38,219 nt of DNA from an uncultured Ruminobacter sp. (GTDB taxonomy: Bacteria > Pseudomonadota > Gammaproteobacteria > Enterobacterales > Succinivibrionaceae), in contig CAAFXL010000096.1 in the NCBI GenBank assembly GCA_900767005.1, forward strand, positions 1 to 38,219. The letters are read 5' to 3'. A model generated the notes under the pieces. That model ran no database searches. It was given only the letters and a program-made list of their open reading frames with translations, and was not told where the DNA came from. Shown in pieces: positions 9,002-15,435 of the stretch (positions are counted from its first letter, which is position 1; each line of letters begins with the position of its first letter). Made by a program: the position numbers and the translations under genes.

Positions 9002-9412
9002 ATGCAAAAAAATGATTTAATTTTTATGATTTCTACTGCATCAAGTTCAGTTCTTGCAAATGGATTGATTCCACTTTCTACCATTTCAAGAAGAAGAGGA
9101 TGTACTTTTGACACAGGCACTAATTCTATAATCTTAAAAAGACCTGGTTATTATAAAATAAGTGGCACTATTACATTCACTGCGCCTGTTGCAGGGTTAG
9201 TCAATATTAACACTCAGAAAAATGGGGTTTCAATTCCTGGAATCACCACTAGCGGAACAGTAACAACAGCGACAACGGAAGTCAATACATTGCCTATTGA
9301 GGGAATTGTTAGAGTATTCTGCAATGATGGAATAGCAACTTTGACTCTTGTTAATACTGGTGTTGCAATCACTGTTTCAAATGTTAATTTAGCGATTGAA
9401 TATTTAGGTTAA
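9002..9412 (+). CDS. BclA C-terminal-domain-like (C1q/TNF-like jelly roll) protein
   Basis: PGYYKISGTITFTAP...NGVSIPG...IEGIVRVFCNDGIATLTLVNTGVAITVSNVNLAIEYL follows the pattern I recall for exosporium BclA C-terminal / C1q-like domains. RBS aaaggag. Confidence 0.55.
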   Translation: MQKNDLIFMISTASSSVLANGLIPLSTISRRRGCTFDTGTNSIILKRPGYYKISGTITFTAPVAGLVNINTQKNGVSIPGITTSGTVTTATTEVNTLPIEGIVRVFCNDGIATLTLVNTGVAITVSNVNLAIEYLG

Positions 9413-9453
9413 AAATTTGAATATTACATTTCAATGAAAGAAAAGTACTAAAT

Positions 9454-9482
9454 TTGACAATTATAAAGTTTTTAATTATTAT
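9454..9482 (+). promoter_or_regulatory. Sigma-A/sigma-70-type promoter for the moron gene
   Basis: TTGACA (9454-9459), 17-nt spacer, TATTAT (9477-9482), about 20 nt upstream of the ggagg RBS of the 9502 gene. Confidence 0.65.
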
Positions 9483-9501
9483 CTTCTTATGGAGGTAACA
9501 A

Positions 9502-9708
9502 ATGAAAATTTTAATAAGCAATAATTTAAGAGAAACACTATCACCAACGGATTTATTATTAATGGTCAGTATGCCACCTGAAATGGCAATAAAAAGATTC
9601 CCAATATTCATAGATTTACTTGATAAGTCAATTGTCTATCGCTTGGAAGATGATCCATTAAATTTGCTTGGTGAAGAAAACAAAAATTATAAATTGTTTA
9701 AAAAATAA
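9502..9708 (+). CDS. Moron-type hypothetical protein (68 aa)
   Basis: It has its own promoter, the RBS ggaggtaacaaATG and its own terminator. It is the last + strand gene before the att-like region. Confidence 0.65.
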   Translation: MKILISNNLRETLSPTDLLLMVSMPPEMAIKRFPIFIDLLDKSIVYRLEDDPLNLLGEENKNYKLFKK

Positions 9709-9737
9709 AGAATAGAGGTGAAGGCTCTATTCTTTTT
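9707..9737 (+). terminator. Rho-independent terminator
   Basis: 11-bp stem aaagaatagag/ctctattcttt with a 7-nt loop and a T run. Confidence 0.8.
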
Positions 9738-9767
9738 AAATCGCAGTGAGGTAATTCCTCATTATTA

Positions 9768-9809
9768 TTATACAAAAAATTATACGAAAATTATACGAAT
9801 TTATACAAA
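9768..9809 (+). repeat. Four phased direct repeats TTATAC(G/A)AA; integrase arm-type sites or iterons
   Basis: Copies start at 9768, 9780, 9791 and 9801, spaced 12, 11 and 10 bp, all in the same orientation. Confidence 0.8.
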
Positions 9810-9908
9810 TTTGCGCATAAAATCAAATCCATTAAAACAAGCAATAGCGCAAAAAATGCCTAAACTTAAGCGTTTTACAAATTTCCAAAAAATAACAAAA
9901 AGTTAATA

Positions 9909-9931
9909 TTCAAATCCCGTACAGGTCACCA
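9909..9931 (+). other. tRNA 3'-end fragment (T-loop to CCA); candidate attP core
   Basis: ttcaaat-cccgt-acaggtc-a-cca has exact tRNA spacing: 7-nt T-loop, 5-nt T-stem, 7-nt acceptor strand, discriminator and CCA. No matching 5' half lies upstream. Confidence 0.55.
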
Positions 9932-9941
9932 TTAGTATATT

Positions 9942-9966
9942 AAAAGCCTAAAAATAGGCTTTTTTT
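9942..9966. terminator. Terminator hairpin at the convergence of late and early transcription
   Basis: Stem aaaagccta/taggctttt with a 4-nt loop and a T run on the + strand. The - strand side has a weaker U tract. Confidence 0.7.
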
Positions 9967-9983
9967 GTTGCTATAATTTATAA

Positions 9984-10003
9984 TTATACGAATTTTATAC
10001 GAA
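9984..10003 (+). repeat. Two further direct copies of TTATACGAA
   Basis: Copies at 9984 and 9995 (11-bp spacing), same orientation as the four copies at 9768-9809. Confidence 0.8.
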
Positions 10004-10014
10004 TTCATTGTATT

Positions 10015-10536
10015 TTAAAAATTTTTATTATAGAAATTGTCAAGTTCCTCGCGTGTTATATTGGATTCTTTTTCTATATCTTTGATGAATGATTTATAAT
10101 CAATATTTTTAACTTTTTGATAGAATATTTCTTCAGCTTTTTTTACTGATTTGATTATCCATACTTTAGAATAGTTAAATTTCATTTCAAGAGCGGTATT
10201 TGTTAATCCAAGTATAAATTTGTTGCTTAAAATGATTCCTGCATTTACATTTTCAACACCAATCTCATAAATTATATTTTCTAATTTACTTAATAATATA
10301 GAATTTTGATAAATATCTTTGATCAAGTGTTCTTTCATATCGATTAATTTTGCAATTATTAAATGAGGTAATGTTGGTGTATAAGATGAAGAGAACGAAT
10401 TTTCTTTAGTGAAATCAATGCTTTTAGCAGATATCAAATTTCTTTCTAACTCTTCAATATGATTCAAAATAATGCTTTCTGCTTTTTTATTCTTTTGATA
10501 AGAATTTAATAATTTAAGCGATTCATCTTTTGTCAT
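10015..10536 (-). CDS. Hypothetical protein; possible late-gene regulator by position
   Basis: Last gene of the early operon, 173 aa. The N-terminus LLNSYQKNKKAESII..IEELE resembles ArpU/DUF1492-type phage regulators. This is a weak call. Confidence 0.35.
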   Translation of the reverse strand: MTKDESLKLLNSYQKNKKAESIILNHIEELERNLISAKSIDFTKENSFSSSYTPTLPHLIIAKLIDMKEHLIKDIYQNSILLSKLENIIYEIGVENVNAGIILSNKFILGLTNTALEMKFNYSKVWIIKSVKKAEEIFYQKVKNIDYKSFIKDIEKESNITREELDNFYNKNF

Positions 10537-10780
10537 TTTCTATCTCCTTTCTTTGCAATTCCTGAAAATATTTAATTTTATTTTCAATCATAAATCTTGA
10601 TTTATACATAACTTGCCAATCAAGAGCTTTATCTTCGTTGTAATAATATCGTTTGCCGACTTTTATACAGGGCAATCCCAAAGTTCTATATTTTGCGATT
10701 GTTTTAATTCTCTTAACTTTCAACAAATCGGCGACTTGGGAGGATGTTAGATTATATTTATCTTTACTGCTATTATTCAT
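10523..10780 (-). CDS. Excisionase/MerR-like HTH (HTH_17-type) DNA-binding protein
   Basis: LTSSQVADLLKVKRIKTIAKYRTLGLPCIKVGKRYYYNEDKALDW matches the Xis-family pattern (LT..EVA.LL.V...TI......G.LP..K.G+.Y.F....L..W). Confidence 0.55.
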   Translation of the reverse strand: MNNSSKDKYNLTSSQVADLLKVKRIKTIAKYRTLGLPCIKVGKRYYYNEDKALDWQVMYKSRFMIENKIKYFQELQRKEIENDKR

Positions 10781-11274
10781 TATTTAACTTTTACAATCCC
10801 CTTTTCGTTTTTTTCATAATAATCAATTAACTTCAATGATAGTGGTAGTACTCCATCAATCTTAGTGGTTCTAAATGCTCTTATGACTTTATCGGTTTCA
10901 TTCCCGAAAGTGTCTTTGAAACGCTCACTGATGTGATATACGGATTCGGAGTGCTCATGTAAGTAATAACTATCTTTTAACCACTGTTGTTTTAATTCAA
11001 TAGTCATTGTGAAAGCGTTGCAAATTCTACCTGTACCCGAAATTGTTTCTTCTGGTTTTAATGCTAGGTAGCGTGAACCATAATATTCAATTCTTCTTAA
11101 TACTACTTTCTTCATCTCGATTAATTCATGGATGAAATATTTTACTTGACATACTTTTAAATTAGTTTCTATTGCTAATTCTTTAATCTTTAATGGAATG
11201 TTTTGATGTTCTTTTTGATATTTAATCATAAAAACGTATAGATCATACGAATTTTTGACTTTTCTTCTAATCAT
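10780..11274 (-). CDS. Hypothetical protein with a probable N-terminal winged-helix domain
   Basis: 164 aa. The segment IKELAIETNLKVCQVKYFIHELIEMKKV looks wHTH-like. Translationally coupled to the downstream gene. Confidence 0.4.
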   Translation of the reverse strand: MIRRKVKNSYDLYVFMIKYQKEHQNIPLKIKELAIETNLKVCQVKYFIHELIEMKKVVLRRIEYYGSRYLALKPEETISGTGRICNAFTMTIELKQQWLKDSYYLHEHSESVYHISERFKDTFGNETDKVIRAFRTTKIDGVLPLSLKLIDYYEKNEKGIVKVK

Positions 11275-11297
11275 CTAATACCTCCTTTAATCGTTCT

Positions 11298-11582
11298 TTA
11301 GTGGTCATTTTCTAACCACTCCTTTATTTTTTGATTTTCTTGTCTTTCTTCTTCATCATAGGTTTCTAAATCAAACATTGCTCTTAATTCAAATAAATCT
11401 TTTGCATTTGTTTGATGCACATATAAATGCTTTTTTAAGATTTCTAACATTTCTAAATCTTGTTTGATGATTTTTAACATAACAAGATAATTATCTTTAT
11501 CTTTTACATTATCGTGTTTGGTCGATAAATAGCCAATTTCAATATCGTCTTTAATTCTTTCTAACACTTCTTTGCTATTCAT
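11298..11582 (-). CDS. Small hypothetical protein, paralogue of 12473..12703
   Basis: Both share (I/L)KKDLE(V/M)LEI(I/L)KK and the C-terminus EWLEND. The shared DNA string is tcattttctaaccactcct. Confidence 0.6.
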   Translation of the reverse strand: MNSKEVLERIKDDIEIGYLSTKHDNVKDKDNYLVMLKIIKQDLEMLEILKKHLYVHQTNAKDLFELRAMFDLETYDEEERQENQKIKEWLENDH

Positions 11583-11594
11583 TTTCTAACTCCT

Positions 11595-11753
11595 TTAATG
11601 ACAATGCTGATATGATAATAATTCATAATCTTTAGTCTTAGGTTTAGCAAGCCAATTTCCTAACTGATAATCATATATTAATACATTATCAACATGGTAT
11701 GATTTATCACCATCATAATGTCTGTTATAAACTTTTACTTTTAAAATAAACAT
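11595..11753 (-). CDS. Small hypothetical protein (52 aa, below the ORF-track cutoff)
   Basis: Read by hand: MFILKVKVYNRHYDGDKSYHVDNVLIYDYQLGNWLAKPKTKDYELLSYQHCH. It is preceded by the same aggagctagaacaATG cassette used by neighbouring genes, and it fills an otherwise empty gap. Confidence 0.5.
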   Translation of the reverse strand: MFILKVKVYNRHYDGDKSYHVDNVLIYDYQLGNWLAKPKTKDYELLSYQHCH

Positions 11754-11765
11754 TGTTCTAGCTCC

Positions 11766-12068
11766 TTAATCTACTCTTTCCCAACTCGGATAAAATCCCA
11801 TTTCTCTTAATTTATTATTTAATTTTCCTACTTCTTCCCATCTTTCTTTAAGCATTGTATCGTTACGTTTAATATCATATAAGTCATAAAAATGAGTATA
11901 TGGACTTATTACTGATATGTAATAATATTTTGAACCCACATTATTAGTTAACTCAATCGTATAATAGTCTTCATGATAACGATAGCTTCTAATAAAAGGT
12001 TTATTTTTAATAAACGTTGTATGATGTTTATGAAATCCTAAACTTAATATAGCTTTTTCAAATGTCAT
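11766..12068 (-). CDS. Hypothetical protein
   Basis: 100 aa. Its stop overlaps the upstream ATG. No motif recognised. Confidence 0.5.
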   Translation of the reverse strand: MTFEKAILSLGFHKHHTTFIKNKPFIRSYRYHEDYYTIELTNNVGSKYYYISVISPYTHFYDLYDIKRNDTMLKERWEEVGKLNNKLREMGFYPSWERVD

Positions 12069-12427
12069 TGTTCTAACTCCTCTCCAGATATTTTTTTTGC
12101 TTCTTTTAACAATTCTTCTTCAGTAAATGGTTTAGCCAAACTCCAATGACTAATAAGTTTATTATCTTTATATTGATAAACTGAACATCCAACTTGAATT
12201 AAAACTACATTTTTATAAATGACTTTATATTCGTGATTAGTTTTCTTAACTTCATCCATTTCTTCTTTTGTAGGTTTTATAAACTCAGCTCCGCAAAATA
12301 CACAATATTCATCATCATAAGCTGGCTCATTACAAAATGGACAAAAAGGTAAAGACAAACCATATTCAATTATATAGATTACCTTTCCTTTTTTACCCTT
12401 GTTTCTATTCTTGTTTTTTTGTGTCAT
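12065..12427 (-). CDS. Zinc-ribbon protein
   Basis: CPFCNEPAYDDEYCVFCG gives a CxxC...CxxC pattern after a basic N-terminus (KNKNRNKGKKGK). Confidence 0.55.
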   Translation of the reverse strand: MTQKNKNRNKGKKGKVIYIIEYGLSLPFCPFCNEPAYDDEYCVFCGAEFIKPTKEEMDEVKKTNHEYKVIYKNVVLIQVGCSVYQYKDNKLISHWSLAKPFTEEELLKEAKKISGEELEQ

Positions 12428-12472
12428 TGTTCTAGCTCCTTCAAATCTTGCTGTAATATGTTGAACGCTTCT

Positions 12473-12703
12473 TTACTTGTTGTCATTTTCTAACCACTCC
12501 TGTACTGTCAAAAATTCGTCTTTTGTCATATGGTCAACAAACTTTTGAACCGATCTATAATTGAATACCTTTTTTATAATTTCTAAAACTTCTAGGTCTT
12601 TTTTGATTGTATTTATTAATTTTGTTGCTTGTGCTTCATCTTGACTATCTAAAGATAAATCAAGATAATTTGTTAATTTTTTTATTGCCTCTAAACTATT
12701 CAT
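12473..12703 (-). CDS. Small hypothetical protein, paralogue of 11298..11582
   Basis: Shared internal DLEVLEIIKK motif and EWLEND C-terminus. Confidence 0.6.
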   Translation of the reverse strand: MNSLEAIKKLTNYLDLSLDSQDEAQATKLINTIKKDLEVLEIIKKVFNYRSVQKFVDHMTKDEFLTVQEWLENDNK

Positions 12704-13073
12704 TTTCTTCTACCTCAATTGTTCCATCAAAAACAAAATGTTTAGCATTATCTTTTCTACCTTTAATAGACTTGCATTTAATGTTTTTATACGCAAAACA
12801 AACTGCATAATAACTTATATTTCTAGCCCTAATATCATCAGCCCTAATATCACCAACATTAATATCTCTAGCATTAATATCCCATGCGTTGATATCACCA
12901 ACATTAATATCTCTAGCATTAATATTACAAGCATCAATATTAGCACTTACTTCTAAATCAAAATCAAATACTACTAAATCAATATAATTATTACCTTCTT
13001 TAAAAATATAAGTATTTGCTTTTTCATCATAATATTTTTGTATTTCTTCTAAACTATTAAATTCTTTAGTCAT
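12696..13073 (-). CDS. Mini pentapeptide-repeat protein
   Basis: Nine consecutive pentapeptides: ANIDA CNINA RDINV GDINA WDINA RDINV GDIRA DDIRA RNISY. ATG at 13073 follows aagagga. Confidence 0.7.
   Translation of the reverse strand: MTKEFNSLEEIQKYYDEKANTYIFKEGNNYIDLVVFDFDLEVSANIDACNINARDINVGDINAWDINARDINVGDIRADDIRARNISYYAVCFAYKNIKCKSIKGRKDNAKHFVFDGTIEVEENE
12847..12925. repeat. 34-nt exact direct repeat with a 45-nt period inside the pentapeptide gene
   Basis: atatcaccaacattaatatctctagcattaatat occurs at 12847-12880 and 12892-12925. The period equals three pentapeptide units. Confidence 0.85.
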
Positions 13074-13260
13074 TTTCTTTATCCTCTTTTTTTTCAATTT
13101 TAACAATTCCTTTTTTGCTTAATTCTTTAAGCTCCTCTAATCTGTCTTCTTGAAACCTTGTGAATCGGTAATCTTTGTATAATCCAACTAAAGATTTTAT
13201 TATCATCCATATGCAAGTAATGATGATACAAATGTCAGCTACTGTTTCTAAGTTTGTCAT
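13066..13260 (-). CDS. Small single-TM protein
   Basis: 64 aa. TM segment is VADICIIITCIWMIIKSLVGL, followed by a charged tail. Its stop overlaps the start of the pentapeptide gene (ATGACTAA). Confidence 0.5.
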   Translation of the reverse strand: MTNLETVADICIIITCIWMIIKSLVGLYKDYRFTRFQEDRLEELKELSKKGIVKIEKKEDKEND

Positions 13261-13274
13261 TTTGTTTTATCCTC

Positions 13275-14183
13275 CTATATATCAAATAGATCAAATAGAG
13301 TTAATTGCTCGTATTTTTTTAATCTGTAATTTAATCTTCTGTATTCATCATATACAGGTTTCCAGATTAATTCACATTGTCTCTTTTCATTAGGTAAATA
13401 CTTTTCCATAATAATTAATTGCTCTTGAAGATCTAACGAAAGCGGGCAGCATTTACAACCGGCCCTTTTAAAATTAAATGGCGGATAATAAAGTTTACAT
13501 AATTGTAATTTATATTTATCAATTACATAGTTTTCAAATGATTCATTAACTACCAACAATGGATGAAACTTTTTTAAATTTCCGTCTTTGTCTGTTAAAA
13601 TACAACCTTTTATATTAGCTCTTTGTCCTCCTTCTTCTTTCCTCATTCCTGTAATAGCAATAAGTTTATTGTTTTCCTTTTCCCATTTTTTTACTGGTTC
13701 TTTTTTTAACTTATAACAACATTTATCAGATAATTTTAATTGAAAACTATCTTCAAATTGATATAATAGCAATAAAGGACATCCAAATTGTTTACCAGCA
13801 TTTTCTTTATATTTTATAATTGAGTTTCCTTTACTTCCTTTTTGATATTCACCAACTTTTAAAGAATGTTCTTTACTTTTAAAAGGGTAGCCGTATTTTT
13901 CTAACATTGGTTTAATTGCTAGTGTAGGTTTTAAAATAATAAACCTATCATCTTTTGCACCCAATTCTTTAACAAATTCAACAATATAGTTATATTCAAT
14001 ACCTGTATTTATAAATACTCTAGGAATGCGATTATTTGGAAGCGCTAAATCGATAAGATAATGTAATACTGTGCTATCCTTACCACCACTAAACGAAATA
14101 TAAGCGTTATGATCTAAGTCATATTTTTGATTAATTGATTTAATTACTTCTAAACGATCAAATAATAATAATTCGTTATCCAT
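13275..14183 (-). CDS. PP-loop ATP-pyrophosphatase of the PAPS-reductase / DndC-like family
   Basis: Contains the SFSGGKDSTVLHYL PP-loop motif. Cys motifs are DKCCYKLKKEP and RAGCKCCP. ATG at 14183 follows agagg. Confidence 0.7.
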   Translation of the reverse strand: MDNELLLFDRLEVIKSINQKYDLDHNAYISFSGGKDSTVLHYLIDLALPNNRIPRVFINTGIEYNYIVEFVKELGAKDDRFIILKPTLAIKPMLEKYGYPFKSKEHSLKVGEYQKGSKGNSIIKYKENAGKQFGCPLLLLYQFEDSFQLKLSDKCCYKLKKEPVKKWEKENNKLIAITGMRKEEGGQRANIKGCILTDKDGNLKKFHPLLVVNESFENYVIDKYKLQLCKLYYPPFNFKRAGCKCCPLSLDLQEQLIIMEKYLPNEKRQCELIWKPVYDEYRRLNYRLKKYEQLTLFDLFDI

Positions 14184-14192
14184 AATCACCTC

Positions 14193-14951
14193 TTAAAATA
14201 ATTCTTGTTGAATAGTTGATAACATTTTCTCTTTGGCTTCTTTAACAAAGTTCTTTTTAATCTCGAAGCCGTAAGCGCTGCGACCTAACTCGGCGCACGC
14301 TCTTAATGTTGAGCAACTGCCCGCCACTGGATCGATGACAACATCGCCTTTATCTGTAAATATTTCGATTAGTCTTTTTAAAACGCATACGGGTTTTTGT
14401 GTAGGGTGTATCTTCGGTATGTTTTTCCCGTCCTTTTCCCATTTAAACCAGTTAAATATCATTTCTCCGTTGTTGTTAAACTTCGGCAATTTATCACGAT
14501 ATAAAACTACTGCATATTCACAAGCGTTAACAATTTTCATATTTGCTTTTAATACTTGCGCGCTAAAGTTTTTTATAAATATTAATGGATAGCTATTTTT
14601 TAACCCGTGCTTTGCTGCTTCATCAATTACCATTTGCATTTGTTCAAACGCGCAGAATACTATCATTGCAGGCGCTTTGCCTTTTTCCTTCGGTTCTTTC
14701 CTTAAATACCTTGTACAAAAATCAAAGAAGTTATTAATTTTGAAATCGTTATCGGTATCAAAGAAAGATTTACCCGCTAATTTACTTTCACCGTTCTTGT
14801 TATCGCCGTCAATATACCATTGAGGGTTACTAGCGTATGCGTTATTACCTAAGTTATAAGGTATATCAGCAATAATTAATTGTGCGTGCGGTATGCCGTA
14901 TCTTTTAGCGTTTTCAAAGTGATCATTAAATATTTCTATCTTTGCACTCAT
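14193..14951 (-). CDS. DNA N6-adenine or N4-cytosine methyltransferase (beta-class order, motif IV before motif I)
   Basis: N-terminal IIADIPYNLG is a DPPY-like motif IV. C-terminal VVIDPVAGSCSTLRACAELGR is an AdoMet-binding motif I. ATG at 14951 follows aaggagg. Confidence 0.75.
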   Translation of the reverse strand: MSAKIEIFNDHFENAKRYGIPHAQLIIADIPYNLGNNAYASNPQWYIDGDNKNGESKLAGKSFFDTDNDFKINNFFDFCTRYLRKEPKEKGKAPAMIVFCAFEQMQMVIDEAAKHGLKNSYPLIFIKNFSAQVLKANMKIVNACEYAVVLYRDKLPKFNNNGEMIFNWFKWEKDGKNIPKIHPTQKPVCVLKRLIEIFTDKGDVVIDPVAGSCSTLRACAELGRSAYGFEIKKNFVKEAKEKMLSTIQQELF

Positions 14952-15216
14952 TGTTTTCCTCCTTAATCGGGTATTTAACAACTTCTTCCAAGTGATTCAT
15001 TTTGTAGCGGTATACATAGTTATATAAATAATTCGTGTAGTATTCCAAAGTGACAGATTGACAAGTTGACACTTTTAGAAGCACTAGCATTTTTTTGTAA
15101 TTCTCATATTCAATCAATTCAAATTGATCAGTAATCTTTTGCATTCTTCTCCTTTCTCCAAAACGCTTTTTAGCGCGTTTCAGCAACGTTTTTACGTTCT
15201 TTGATAAATTGTTCAT
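14926..15216 (-). CDS. Hypothetical basic protein
   Basis: 96 aa. Overlaps the methyltransferase start by about 26 nt. No motif recognised. Confidence 0.4.
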   Translation of the reverse strand: MNNLSKNVKTLLKRAKKRFGERRRMQKITDQFELIEYENYKKMLVLLKVSTCQSVTLEYYTNYLYNYVYRYKMNHLEEVVKYPIKEENNECKDRNI

Positions 15217-15243
15217 TAAATCTCGTTTCGTGCGCCATAGCGC

Positions 15244-15435
15244 CTATTTAATGCCTTTGGCGGTCAATAGCGCAACAAACGAAGTAATGTATAGTAGTGT
15301 ATAAAATATTATTAGTATCGTTTTTACGATTTTATTTTGTATGTCAGATGTAAAAAACATGTGATATAAAACATATAAGTAACAAATCACTAAGACAATT
15401 GACATCAAGATTTTAACGACTTTTAATGCTGTCAT
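15244..15435 (-). CDS. Small two-TM hydrophobic protein
   Basis: 63 aa with TM segments ILMSIVLVICYLYVLYHMF and ILIIFYTLLYITSFVALL. Confidence 0.45.
   Translation of the reverse strand: MTALKVVKILMSIVLVICYLYVLYHMFFTSDIQNKIVKTILIIFYTLLYITSFVALLTAKGIK

Noticed and set aside
9718-9906. 62-aa + strand ORF covering the repeat / att-like region
   Set aside because: It has no RBS. It starts inside the terminator hairpin and is composed largely of the TTATACGAA repeats. It ends just before the tRNA-like fragment. The region is better explained as non-coding att or iteron DNA.
9768-10003. Possible CRISPR array or CRISPR-like repeats
   Set aside because: The repeats are only 9 nt with 1-3 nt spacers and there are only six copies, so there is no repeat-spacer architecture.
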